Source of the DNA: Planctomycetota bacterium
GTDB taxonomy: Bacteria > Planctomycetota > B15-G4 > JADJEK01
Reading direction: 5' to 3'
Assembly: GCA_044225365.1 (NCBI GenBank)
Contig: JBGAIQ010000042.1
Span: forward strand, 1-52,219
Length of the DNA stretch: 52,219 nucleotides
Shown: in pieces, positions 1 through 9,679 of the stretch
Numbering within the stretch: the stretch's first letter is position 1
Layout: every line of letters begins with the position of its first letter
Made by a program: the position numbers and the translations under genes
Notes under the pieces: model-generated
Databases searched by the model: none
Told to the model about the DNA's origin: nothing
Seen by the model: the letters and a program-made list of their open reading frames with translations, nothing else

Positions 1-208
1 TCTCCAACTTCTTCTTCAGTTGGGGTCCCGTGATCGAGCCGTAGGGGACGATGCACAGCGCGGACGGATCGACGACGATCGCAGCGAACTCGTTGCGCGG
101 CTTGCGGGCCACGAATCGCAGGATCGAAGCGAGTCCCCGGCCGAAGAAGCTCTTGGCCTCGACGGCTGCAATCGGTACTCGGAAAGCGCTGTAACGGTCT
201 GCGGTCAT
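1..208 (-). CDS. Hypothetical protein, N-terminal part (runs off the left window edge)
   Basis: ATG at 208 on the minus strand opens a stop-free frame to base 1 (MTADRYSAFRVPIAAVEAKSFFGRGLASILRF...). Third codon positions are GC-rich. Divergent from the GT4 gene. Not in the ORF track because it is truncated. Confidence 0.5.
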   Translation of the reverse strand, partial: MTADRYSAFRVPIAAVEAKSFFGRGLASILRFVARKPRNEFAAIVVDPSALCIVPYGSITGPQLKKKLE

Positions 209-316
209 TCGTTTCCACCCGAGCGTGAGAGCCTACTGAAATACCGAATCCGACGTGCCGACGAAAGCACTCGTTCGGTTGGATCTGTCGGCCACGCCGC
301 TGGTATGAATGGGGCC

Positions 317-1480
317 ATGCGGATTGGCTTCCTCCACCTCGGCGACCCTTCCCATGGCGTTTCTCGCTATGGACGCATTCTCGCCGCCGAGTGCCGCCGC
401 CGCGGCGGGGAAGCGGCGGTCGAACTCCGCGAGGTCGAAGCCGACTTCTCGAATCACCGGCCGTCCGGAACCAGCGAGCCGACCCGCGCAGCAGCCGCTT
501 TCGACGGCTGCGACGTCGTCCATCTCCAGTTCAATCGCGCCCTCTTCGGCGACGGTCCGGCGCAGCGCGCGAACCTGCGGGAGTTCTTCGCGCGGTGCAG
601 CCCCCCGATCGTGGCCAACCTGCACGACGTCTACCTCGACGATCCCTGGGCCGGCTGGCGCAAACGAACGGGCGGGATCGCTCGGCGACTCGATCGCCTG
701 CGCCATTTCTTCGCCGCCACGTTGCCGACCCGCGCCGCCGTCGCCTACCTCGTCAAGAACGCCGCGCGGACGATCGTGTGCTTCGAGTACGAGAAGCTGC
801 GACTCGCGGGATTGAAGGGAGTCGAGCGCACTCGCGTCGTTCCACACTTCGTCGAGGAACGCCTCGCCTTGCCCTCGCGGGAAGCGGCGCGTGCGTCACT
901 GGGGATCGGCGCCGAGCGCGTCGTGGCGGTGCTCGGCTACATCCATCGAAGGAAGGGGCACGACCTCGTGGTCGATGCTCTGCCCCTCCTGCCTCGCGAC
1001 GTTCGGGTCGTCTTCATCGGGGCGCCGCCCTCTGGAGTCTTGGAGCACGAGGAGTACCTCCGGCAGTTGCGTCGCAAGGCGGAACGGCAGGGTGTCGGCG
1101 ACCGTTTGACCGTGACGGGCTATGTCGACGAGGCCACGCTCGATCGTTGGCTCGTTGCTACCGACCTCGCGGTGTGCCCCTTTCGCTTCTTCTCGGCTTC
1201 GGGCTCCCTCGCCACCTGGATCTCGGCGGAGCGGCCCATCCTCTGCCATGCACTCCCACAGATCGCGGAGTATCGCGCGCGCGCGCCAGAAGCGATCGAT
1301 ACCTTCGATCGATTCACCCCAAAGGATCTCGCCGACGCGATCACGCGATCCCTCGGGCGGGGAGATGCGACAAGCGTCCGCGAGGCTCTCACGCACCTTC
1401 GCACGGAATTCTCGGTCTTTTCGGTGACGGAGCGTACTCTCGAGGTCTATCGCGAGGCGCTCGTGGCGAACCGCAAGTAG
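317..1480 (+). CDS. Glycosyltransferase family 4 (GT-B fold)
   Basis: Start trimmed to MRIGFLHLGDPSHGVSRY. Motifs DVVHLQF, VANLHD, VLGYIHRRKGHD, VTGYVDE, DLAVCPF and SASGSLATWISAERPI. Confidence 0.85.
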   Translation: MRIGFLHLGDPSHGVSRYGRILAAECRRRGGEAAVELREVEADFSNHRPSGTSEPTRAAAAFDGCDVVHLQFNRALFGDGPAQRANLREFFARCSPPIVANLHDVYLDDPWAGWRKRTGGIARRLDRLRHFFAATLPTRAAVAYLVKNAARTIVCFEYEKLRLAGLKGVERTRVVPHFVEERLALPSREAARASLGIGAERVVAVLGYIHRRKGHDLVVDALPLLPRDVRVVFIGAPPSGVLEHEEYLRQLRRKAERQGVGDRLTVTGYVDEATLDRWLVATDLAVCPFRFFSASGSLATWISAERPILCHALPQIAEYRARAPEAIDTFDRFTPKDLADAITRSLGRGDATSVREALTHLRTEFSVFSVTERTLEVYREALVANRK

Positions 1481-1494
1481 CAGGAGTCGTTCGG

Positions 1495-2805
1495 ATGCGA
1501 CCGTCGAGAACCCCGTGCTTTTCCGCGTTGCTGTCCGTGGGCGTCGCGATCGTCGCTCCAGATGCGGCTCGTGCCGCCGAATTCGTCGCGAATCATCTGT
1601 TCGTGGGAGACGCCACGACGCACAGCGTTCGCGAACTCGATGCGAACGGCGCGGTGGTGCGGCTCCTCGGTTCGACGACCTTGGTCGATCCGGTCGCGCT
1701 CGCGTTCGGCCCCGATGGGGCCCTCTACGTGCTCGATGAACGATCGTCGCAGAGCGACGACGACAGCCTCGTCGTCCTGTCGCCGGAGGGAGACATCCTC
1801 GATCAGAAGAGTATCGGCCTCCCCGCCAGCTTCGACGCGACGGGCGCGCATCTCCTGTTCTCCTCGAGTGGAACGCTCTACGTCAGCGATGCGAATGGCT
1901 CCGAGGTGCACGAGTACGACCTCGAGAGCGAGACGATCCTGCAGACCTTCCCGGCAGCGGGCCTCTCCGGCGCGGCGAGCCTCTCGTCATCGCCCGATGG
2001 ACACGTATTCGCCGGCGCGGCCGGTAATCCCTCGACGATCGTCGAGTTCGAGAGCAACGGAGTGGCGGTCGCAACGCATTCGGGAACATCGACCGGCACG
2101 GCGAACCCGGTGCCCCTGATCGTGCGGGGACCGCGGGGAGCGCTCTACGTGCTCGACCAACCGAGCGGTCAGGCGGCCAAGTTGACGGCGATCGAACTGC
2201 CGACCTCGGGTCCGTCGAGCATCGATCTTCCCGACACTCCGTTCCGCGACATCACCATCGGTCCGGATGGCGACCTCTGGCTGCTCGGCGGTGGCGGCAA
2301 CAAGCTCGTGCGGGTCGCTTCCGATCTGACGAATTCGAGCGCGGTGCCCTTCGCGCCTGCCGTCCAGGGTCGAGCGATCGCGTTCGCTCCATTCCGATTC
2401 AAGATCACTCTCGACGGCAAGGTCGCGACGGTGGGAGCGAACCCCGTCTCTCTCGTCGAGAAGAACGACCGCCTCGTCTACTTCGCGGGTCAGGACCGTG
2501 GCTTCCTCGTCCTCCAGGACAAGCCGTCGCCGGACGATCTCGTCAGCCATTTCGAGATCACGAACCTCCTGCTCAGCGGGGTGACCGTGCCCGATCAAGA
2601 CGGCAACGTCGAGCGAGGGCATTGGTCGCTCGCGCACCGAGGATCGATCCTCACGCTGCGCGCCGACGTGGAAATCCGTGCCACGGGTGTCGTCAACTCG
2701 GACACGGGGTATTTCAAACCGAAGAGCCTCCTCGGCACCTTCTCGATCTCGAACGGCAGCCACTACTTCACGGGTGAGCTGAAATCCACCGAACTGCTCA
2801 AGTGA
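1495..2805 (+). CDS. Secreted NHL/Vgb-like beta-propeller protein with a C-terminal beta domain
   Basis: AGGAG RBS at 1482-1486, then ATG 1495. Signal peptide ends AARA. Repeats LAFGPDGALYV, FSSSGTLYV, SSPDGHVF, GPRGALYV and IGPDGDLWL. Confidence 0.75.
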   Translation: MRPSRTPCFSALLSVGVAIVAPDAARAAEFVANHLFVGDATTHSVRELDANGAVVRLLGSTTLVDPVALAFGPDGALYVLDERSSQSDDDSLVVLSPEGDILDQKSIGLPASFDATGAHLLFSSSGTLYVSDANGSEVHEYDLESETILQTFPAAGLSGAASLSSSPDGHVFAGAAGNPSTIVEFESNGVAVATHSGTSTGTANPVPLIVRGPRGALYVLDQPSGQAAKLTAIELPTSGPSSIDLPDTPFRDITIGPDGDLWLLGGGGNKLVRVASDLTNSSAVPFAPAVQGRAIAFAPFRFKITLDGKVATVGANPVSLVEKNDRLVYFAGQDRGFLVLQDKPSPDDLVSHFEITNLLLSGVTVPDQDGNVERGHWSLAHRGSILTLRADVEIRATGVVNSDTGYFKPKSLLGTFSISNGSHYFTGELKSTELLK

Positions 2806-3024
2806 CGCTACCTGCCGCACTGCAAGTGGCGGGCGCCTTGCTGCGGTGACTCGACATCTCCTTTCAAGTGCGACCTTCTCGGGGCCGATAGCGACAACCG
2901 CTTCACAACGTGCTTCCGTGTCGCCTGCCCCGAAAGCGGATCGCGTGTATCGTTCGCGGCCTCGTGCGCCCGATCGATCGCACGAGACCACGGGTCCTGC
3001 GACCGGTCAACCGGGACTCGCACC

Positions 3025-4410
3025 ATGTCAGGAAAGCCCTACTCGACTCGATCCTTCCGCGCCTCTCGCGTCGTCCTCGGCATCCTCCTCGGTGGGTGCG
3101 CAGCGCCGAGCCTCCTCGCAAGCACGCAGGACTTGCTCGTCCTCGACGACCAGAACCAGTTGTTCCGGATCGACGTGGACGATCCCCTGACGCTCTCCAC
3201 CGCGGTGACCATCACCGGACTCGCGCAGGGCGAACGAATCGTCTCGATCGCGATCGACCCGGCGACCGGGAATCTCCTCGGCTACTCGACCACGCAACAC
3301 TGTTACATCGTGGACAAGTCGAGCGGTGCGGCCACGGATCTCGGCCTCCTCAATCAGAGTGTCACGAGTTCCGACACCACGCGATTCATCGACTTCCAAC
3401 CGGTGAACGGCCATCTCCGCGTCCAGGGCAGCGAGCACACGAACGTCGAAATCGATCCATCGACGCTCGCCGTCCAGTCGGTCGGCTACGCGCCGAACTA
3501 CGTGAACGGCGACGTCCACGACAACGTCCAGCCCGAGCTCGCGGGTTCGGCGTTCATCAACAACTATCCGGGCTCGACGTCGACGCAGGCCTATGCACTC
3601 GACAGCGGGACCGACACGCTCGATTTTCACACCGAGACCAGCGGCCTCCTCTTCACGATCGGCGATCTGGGTGTCGATGCCAGCCTCGACAGCTCGCTCG
3701 CGGCCGACCTCACGGGTCGGATCGTGGCCTCGATCCGCGCCGAGGGCGATACCGTGAGTCGGATCTACTCCGTCGACCCGGAATCCGGAGCAGTGACGGA
3801 GATCGGCGCGCTGGGGTCGGGGATGGTTGCGAGCGACATCGCCTTCGATCTCGATCCGACGAGCGATGATCTCGACAACGACGGTTGGCCGAACGACATC
3901 GAGCTCGCCGGCGCGAGCAACTTCGCGGATCCGAGCAGCGTTCCGTTCCCAGGCGCGACGAAGGTTCCGAATCTCACGCTCGCTCCCGCGCTGGCGCAGA
4001 AGCTTCGCGTTCGCGTCGAGTTCGCCGCGAACGACAGCGATCGCATCGTGGTGAAGGGGAGGCTCCCGGTCGGCGAGTCGACGTTCGATCCGAATGGAAA
4101 GATGGTCATCGTCGACGTCGGCGGAGTCACGACGTTCTTCGTGCTCGACAAGAAGGGGCACGGCGTCTCGGCGGAAGGGTTCGTTCTCGATGTCGACCAC
4201 AAGGTCGGTCTCGGCGGCGTGAAGTACACGCTGCGGATGGAGCACGGCAACTTCCAATCGCACCTCTCGGACGAGGGCATCGTCGACGCGAACACGACCG
4301 CGGCTCCTCTTTCGATCGACGTCGACATTTGGCTGTCGAATCTCCACGCACGCTCGACCTTCCATGCCAGCTACTCGGCGACCAGCGGCGATCACGGCAT
4401 CGCGAAGTGA
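3025..4410 (+). CDS. Secreted DUF4394-like protein with a Ca-binding-type DxDxDG motif and a C-terminal beta domain
   Basis: N-terminal signal, with a possible lipobox LLGGC. DUF4394-like segments IAIDPATGNLLG, IDFQPVNGHLRV and AFINNYPGSTSTQAYALD. DDLDNDGWPNDIE motif. Confidence 0.7.
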   Translation: MSGKPYSTRSFRASRVVLGILLGGCAAPSLLASTQDLLVLDDQNQLFRIDVDDPLTLSTAVTITGLAQGERIVSIAIDPATGNLLGYSTTQHCYIVDKSSGAATDLGLLNQSVTSSDTTRFIDFQPVNGHLRVQGSEHTNVEIDPSTLAVQSVGYAPNYVNGDVHDNVQPELAGSAFINNYPGSTSTQAYALDSGTDTLDFHTETSGLLFTIGDLGVDASLDSSLAADLTGRIVASIRAEGDTVSRIYSVDPESGAVTEIGALGSGMVASDIAFDLDPTSDDLDNDGWPNDIELAGASNFADPSSVPFPGATKVPNLTLAPALAQKLRVRVEFAANDSDRIVVKGRLPVGESTFDPNGKMVIVDVGGVTTFFVLDKKGHGVSAEGFVLDVDHKVGLGGVKYTLRMEHGNFQSHLSDEGIVDANTTAAPLSIDVDIWLSNLHARSTFHASYSATSGDHGIAK

Positions 4411-4597
4411 ACCGGACGCACCGGTTTCGGGGGGCGGACGTGGGGCAAAATGCTACGGCCCATTTCGCCCCGTGAACCCTGTTTTCACTTTCGGCGCGTT
4501 CGCCGAGAATGCATGCTGGCGAGTCACACCCTCGTCCGCTCGTGACGAACCACTCGGCTCATGGGCGAAGGAACGTGGAGTGTCCTGAGGACTCGCC

Positions 4598-5560
4598 ATG
4601 GCCTCGACCTACTTCATGCCGGAACTGGTCAGCCCGCTGCAGCGCTTGCGCCTGCGGCTGTTCGACGGGAAGCGTCCCGTCCCGGACGCACCGAAAGCGG
4701 TGCAGATCCAAACCGTGTCGGGCTGCAACGCTGACTGCGTGTTCTGCCCGAACAAGAAGACCGAGCTCGACATCCCCGTCGGCAAGCGGATGGACTGGGA
4801 TCTCTATCGCTCGATCATCGATCAGGTCGTCGACATGGGCGTGCGGCGCATCTCGCCGTACCTCATGAACGAGTCGATGATCGATCAGGAGCTTCCGGAG
4901 CGCATTGCCTACGTCACGAAGAAGAAGCGAAGCTTCCAGTACACGAAGATCAACAGCCACGGCGCACTGTGCAACGAGCGCATGGCCAAGGGCATCCTCG
5001 ACGCCGGTCTCGACCGCATCAACTTCTCGGTGCAGGGCATCGACCCCGAGATCTATCACCGCATCATGAACCTGCGGTTCGATGTCGTCGTGAAGAACAT
5101 CGAGCGGCTGATCGAGATGCGCGACAAGGGCAACTACAAGACGCGCATTCGCGTCGTGATGCTCGATACCGCCGAAGTGCATCCGCAGCTACCCGCGATC
5201 AAGAAGTTCTGGAAGGAGCGAGGCGTTCATATCAACGTGAACAAGCTCGAGAACCGCGGCCATCACAAGAACATCAAGTCCGACGTGATCGCGGTGAAGA
5301 AGCTCCAGACCTACGATTGGTGCGTCCGCCTGTTCAATCAGGTCTACATCCTCTGGGATGGTCGTCTCGTTCAGTGCTGCGCCGATTGGGAACAGACGGG
5401 GATCATGGGCGACCTCACCAAGTCCTCGCTGCGCGAGATCTGGCAGGGTCCGACCTACAAGCAGTACCGGAAGAACTTCCTCACCGGCGAGGTGCAAGGA
5501 ACTGCCTGCGACGGCTGCACCAAGGACCCGGGCGACACGGGAAGCGAAGAGGACGACTGA
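4598..5560 (+). CDS. Radical SAM protein with SPASM/twitch domain
   Basis: CxxxCxxC motif (CNADCVFC). C-terminal WCVRLF...ILWDGRLVQCCADW...MGDL...EIWQG...ACDGC. GAGGA RBS. Confidence 0.9.
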   Translation: MASTYFMPELVSPLQRLRLRLFDGKRPVPDAPKAVQIQTVSGCNADCVFCPNKKTELDIPVGKRMDWDLYRSIIDQVVDMGVRRISPYLMNESMIDQELPERIAYVTKKKRSFQYTKINSHGALCNERMAKGILDAGLDRINFSVQGIDPEIYHRIMNLRFDVVVKNIERLIEMRDKGNYKTRIRVVMLDTAEVHPQLPAIKKFWKERGVHINVNKLENRGHHKNIKSDVIAVKKLQTYDWCVRLFNQVYILWDGRLVQCCADWEQTGIMGDLTKSSLREIWQGPTYKQYRKNFLTGEVQGTACDGCTKDPGDTGSEEDD

Positions 5561-5569
5561 GCGCGAGCG

Positions 5570-7231
5570 TCAGCTCGGCGCCATGACCTTCTCGCGGGCC
5601 TCGGCGCGCGCGGTGGTGGGCGCGGCGAGGAACTTCTCGAGCAATTGAGCACGCGCGTCGTGCGACCATAGTCGCACCGTCTCCTGCGCGTTCCTCGCGA
5701 GCGAGAGCGCGTATTCCGGATCGGCGAGCAAACGCTTCACGCCGGCAGCGAGCGCCTTCGCGTCGCCTGGCGGAACGATGAGTCCGTTGACGCCCGGCTC
5801 GATCAGCTCACGGATCGCGGGCAGATCGGTCGCGATGATGGGCGTACCGAGCGCCATGTATTCGAGGACCTTCAACGGACATGTGAAGATCCGCCACTCG
5901 CGCGAGCCCTTGCCGGCGAGCGGGTGAACCGCCACCTTCGCGGTGCGGACGCGCTGGAACAGCGACGACTGCGGCTCCCACGACAGAAACTTGCAGCGGT
6001 TGCGCACGCCCAGGGCGTCCGCCTGTTTCCGATACGGCTTCAAGTTGCCGTTGCGCGGTCCACCCACGACGAGGAGCCGCGTATCGCCGAGATACTGCAT
6101 CGACTCGACGAGGACTTCGGTGCCCTTCTCCTCGGCCGTCTTGCCCGTGTAGATCAGGTCGGTATCGCGCTTCTCCCACGGGAGCGGAGGGCCGAAGTCG
6201 TCGGGAGACGGGGCGCCGTTGCGCAGCAGGAGCGTCCGCGCCTCGGGCTCGAGCCGAAGTACATGGCGCTGCATCGCGTTGGTCGTGCACATCACGCCGT
6301 CGACGAGTCCGTAGCACTGGCGCTCGAACTCACGGTCCGCGCGCGCGAACTTGCGATCCGCCATGCGCTCGATCTTCACACCTTCGGTGAAGACCCGGCG
6401 GCGCGCCGAGCCCGCCCACGTGGTGTAGGCGCCGTGGACTTCGACGAAGACCTTGAGACCGCGTTCCCGCGCGGCCGGCACGAGCCAGGTCGAGATGCGG
6501 AGCTGGCGGTAGTACAGGATCGAGCATCCGCGGCGGACGAGTTCGTCCATCAGCGCGCTCATTGCGAGCACGGAGCGAACCTGTCGCTTCGCTGCGTTCA
6601 TTGGCAGGAAATCGATCCGCTGCCGTTCCTCCGCCGTCACTCCATGGATCGCGTCGAGCACCCGAGGGAAGTCGCGTTCCTTCAGGGGGGCGACGAGCGT
6701 GAGCTTCCAGCCGCGGCGCACCAGCGAGAGCGTGGTGTTGAGCGTTTGAGCGACGTGGGCTGCCGACCTCACGAGGCTCGTCTTCAGGACGATCGCGATG
6801 TGGCGTGGGTCGGCCGTCTTGGGATCGACTCGGACGATCGAAGCCGCGTATTCGGGCGGGAGTCCGTGGGCCTGTCGCGGCAATCGCAGGAGTCGTGCGG
6901 CAATTCGGAACGCCCGTCCGAACCGTCGACTGAGGATCACGACGCGGTCGGCGTCGAGTTCGCGGAGGAACTTCCGAGCGAGAATGACCTGCCCGAGGAT
7001 CGACTTGCGGCCGATCCCGCGATTCATGTACTCCCACTCGAGTCCGAGCGCGTTCGCGATCAGGGGGTCCTGCGGCTTGCCGCCGACCGAGAGCATCGTC
7101 CCGCGGCTCTTCGAATGATCGAGGCCTTTCACGGCGCGGACGACGGCGTCCGGGTCGTCGATCGTCGAATCGACGACGAAGACGACGTGCTCGTACTGTT
7201 CGCAGCCGAACGGTAGGGCGAAGAGAGACAT
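5570..7231 (-). CDS. Glycosyltransferase family 4 with an N-terminal extension domain
   Basis: Motifs VFVEVHG, LIYTGKTAEEKG, CPLKVLEYMALGTPIIATDLPAIRELIEPGVNGLIVPPGD. Confidence 0.88.
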   Translation of the reverse strand: MSLFALPFGCEQYEHVVFVVDSTIDDPDAVVRAVKGLDHSKSRGTMLSVGGKPQDPLIANALGLEWEYMNRGIGRKSILGQVILARKFLRELDADRVVILSRRFGRAFRIAARLLRLPRQAHGLPPEYAASIVRVDPKTADPRHIAIVLKTSLVRSAAHVAQTLNTTLSLVRRGWKLTLVAPLKERDFPRVLDAIHGVTAEERQRIDFLPMNAAKRQVRSVLAMSALMDELVRRGCSILYYRQLRISTWLVPAARERGLKVFVEVHGAYTTWAGSARRRVFTEGVKIERMADRKFARADREFERQCYGLVDGVMCTTNAMQRHVLRLEPEARTLLLRNGAPSPDDFGPPLPWEKRDTDLIYTGKTAEEKGTEVLVESMQYLGDTRLLVVGGPRNGNLKPYRKQADALGVRNRCKFLSWEPQSSLFQRVRTAKVAVHPLAGKGSREWRIFTCPLKVLEYMALGTPIIATDLPAIRELIEPGVNGLIVPPGDAKALAAGVKRLLADPEYALSLARNAQETVRLWSHDARAQLLEKFLAAPTTARAEAREKVMAPS

Positions 7232-7237
7232 CGAACC

Positions 7238-9679
7238 TCAGTAAGAGCGACCCGTCAGGTGTTGGTCGAAGAATCGCTCGATTCGTCGGTACTCGTCGAG
7301 CCAGCTGTCCTTGTCCGTGAAGCCGTGATCCTGACTCGGATACAGCATCACTTCGAAGCTGTCCTTGCGCAACTTGATCAAGGCCTCCACCAGCCGGATC
7401 GTATCTTGCACGAAGACGTTGCTGTCCTTCAAACCATGCAACAAGAGTAGCGGTTTCTTCAAGCCATCGGCATGGTCAATCGGGGAGGATCGCTGGTAGT
7501 TCTCGGGATCCTTCTTGGGGTCGCCGAGGCGGGCGTTGGTGTACCAGGAGTTGTAGGTTCTCCAATCGGTCACCGAGCGCAACGCGCATCCGGCGGCGAA
7601 GCGATCCGGCTTGGTGAACAACGCCATGAGCGTCATGAACCCGCCGTAGCTCCCGCCGTAGACCCCGACCCGTTCCTTGTCGACGATCCCCTTCTCGGCC
7701 AGGAAATCGATCCCCGCGACGACGTCGTCGAGGTCCTTGCCTCCCATGAAGCCGTAGATGTCCGTCCGGAACTTGCGGCCGTAGCCCTGGGAGTGCCGGT
7801 AATCGGGATCGAGCACCACGTAGCCTTTGCGTGCGAGTCGCTGATGGAACAGGTAGTTGGGCTCGTAGGACGTCATCGAGCGCTTGACCTGCTGCAAATA
7901 TCCGGCGCCGTGCACGAAGATCACGAGGGGGTACTTCTTTGCCGGGTCGAACCCCGGCGGCTTGTAGAGGAAGGCCCGAACCTTCGTGCCGTCGGCCTTG
8001 TTCTCGTACTCGATGACCTCGGGGGGTGAGAGTCCGAGGGCCGCGAGTTCGGGCGGCTGCGTCGTCGTCAATCTCACCGGCGCGGCCGGGGCTTCGAGGC
8101 TCACGCTGTAGAACTCCGCCGGCACTCCTAGGAACTGCTGACGATAGACGAGTCTCGTGCCTCGGATGTTCGCTTGAGGGCTTTCCGCGACCCCTTCGGT
8201 CGAGGTGAGCGTGCGCCGCGTCGCGGACGCGCCGTCGACCAGGTCGATCGCGTAGTTCGCGGGGTCGGACTGGTTGTGGCCGATCAGGAAACGATCGCTG
8301 TGCTCCAGGCGGTCGATTTCGGCCACCTCGCCGCGATCCCCGGGCTTCGCTGGCGGAGTCAGGCAGCGCCGGTCCTTCCCATTCGCGGAGATACGGTAGA
8401 GCAGGTTGTAACCGCCGTCCTCCGACGTGAAGTACACGATGCTGCCATCGGCCGAGAGATCGGCGAATTGCGTCGGACCGCCGATCCACGCTTCGTCGCG
8501 CTCGGAGTGCACGAGAGTCGTGGTCTTGGTCGTGAGGTTGGCGAGCAGGAGCTGCCGGACGTGGAAGTCGTCGCTGACGCGGTCGAAGAGCAGGACGTCG
8601 GCGCACTCGGCGAAGACCGCGTTCGCGGTCCAGTACCGGCTACCGGCGTCGAGTGGGAGGTCGAGCGACTTCCCAGCGTTGAGGTCGAACAGATCGAAAT
8701 CGACCTTGGCCGCATGATCCCCGGGTAGCGAGCTGCGCACCGGCATCGTCGAGACGGTCTCGGACAGGAAGTCCGCGATGATGAGTTGCCGTGGATCGGC
8801 GCGGTCGAATCGCTCGCGCAGCGCGAATCCTCCCGTGGGGGAGAGCTGGACCTGACCGCCCTCCTCGAACTTCGTCTCCTTCGGCGGTTCGGACCCGTCG
8901 AGTTTCACGAGGTAGAGGACGCGCTTCTGCGGAGACGCGCGGCCTCCTCGTTCGTCGGGTTTCTCGCCCTCAGGATCATCCGAATCACTGGCATCGGGCT
9001 TTCCCTTCGCGGGCTCGGCCGGCGACTCCTTCGGGCCGTCCTTGCCCGAGTTCGACGGGTCGGCGAACACCGCGAGACGCTGCTCGTCGGGAAGCACGCG
9101 GAACCACTGCGCCCGATTCTTCAGATCGGAGATGGGCGTGCGGCGGGATCCGTCCTCCAGGTCGAGGATGTAGAGCTGGGCGTTGTCACCTGCCTGGAAA
9201 GCGATCCGCTTGTCGTCGCGGAACTGGAAGACCTCGCCCCCGCGTGAACCGATCTCGAAGATCGGCTTCACGGTGACGTTGCCGTCGGCGGCGACGAGGT
9301 GGCTCTCGAGCCAGCCGTCGCGCACGACGAAGAGTTCGCTTCCGCGGCGACTCCAGAAGGCGCGGACGTTGGTCTTACCGTCGAAGAGCCGCTTCGGTTC
9401 GCCACCCGCACTCTTCACCAGGAACGTCTCGTTCTCGGGTTTGTCGGAGTCCGACAGCGCGCGGCGATAGAGGACCCACTCGCCATCGGCGGAGATCGTG
9501 GCGCCCTGCGGTCGCGTTCCGAGGAGGCGCGGCGGCACGAAGATCTGCTCGAGCGTCGGGCGAACGTCGTCGACCACCGCGACTCGCGGCGCCGCGGTCG
9601 TCTGCGCGATCGCTGGATGTCCCGTGAGAACTGCGGCCGCAGCCGCGCAGAACCAACTCGGGATCACGGGAATTCGCAT
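7238..9679 (-). CDS. Secreted S9 (prolyl oligopeptidase/DPP-IV-like) serine peptidase
   Basis: Start trimmed to MRIPVIPSWFC, with a signal peptide ending AIA. Beta-propeller followed by an alpha/beta hydrolase: YPLVIFVHGAG, GGSYGG nucleophile, DSNV (Asp), QDHGF (His). Confidence 0.92.
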   Translation of the reverse strand: MRIPVIPSWFCAAAAAVLTGHPAIAQTTAAPRVAVVDDVRPTLEQIFVPPRLLGTRPQGATISADGEWVLYRRALSDSDKPENETFLVKSAGGEPKRLFDGKTNVRAFWSRRGSELFVVRDGWLESHLVAADGNVTVKPIFEIGSRGGEVFQFRDDKRIAFQAGDNAQLYILDLEDGSRRTPISDLKNRAQWFRVLPDEQRLAVFADPSNSGKDGPKESPAEPAKGKPDASDSDDPEGEKPDERGGRASPQKRVLYLVKLDGSEPPKETKFEEGGQVQLSPTGGFALRERFDRADPRQLIIADFLSETVSTMPVRSSLPGDHAAKVDFDLFDLNAGKSLDLPLDAGSRYWTANAVFAECADVLLFDRVSDDFHVRQLLLANLTTKTTTLVHSERDEAWIGGPTQFADLSADGSIVYFTSEDGGYNLLYRISANGKDRRCLTPPAKPGDRGEVAEIDRLEHSDRFLIGHNQSDPANYAIDLVDGASATRRTLTSTEGVAESPQANIRGTRLVYRQQFLGVPAEFYSVSLEAPAAPVRLTTTQPPELAALGLSPPEVIEYENKADGTKVRAFLYKPPGFDPAKKYPLVIFVHGAGYLQQVKRSMTSYEPNYLFHQRLARKGYVVLDPDYRHSQGYGRKFRTDIYGFMGGKDLDDVVAGIDFLAEKGIVDKERVGVYGGSYGGFMTLMALFTKPDRFAAGCALRSVTDWRTYNSWYTNARLGDPKKDPENYQRSSPIDHADGLKKPLLLLHGLKDSNVFVQDTIRLVEALIKLRKDSFEVMLYPSQDHGFTDKDSWLDEYRRIERFFDQHLTGRSY

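Noticed and set aside
391-1494. Long N-terminal extensions in the ORF track (also 9680-10501, 9742-10419 and 31083-31700) suggesting fusions
   Set aside because: The extensions are Arg/Pro-rich off-frame readings of neighbouring genes. Signal peptides, RBSs or domain starts mark the downstream starts.
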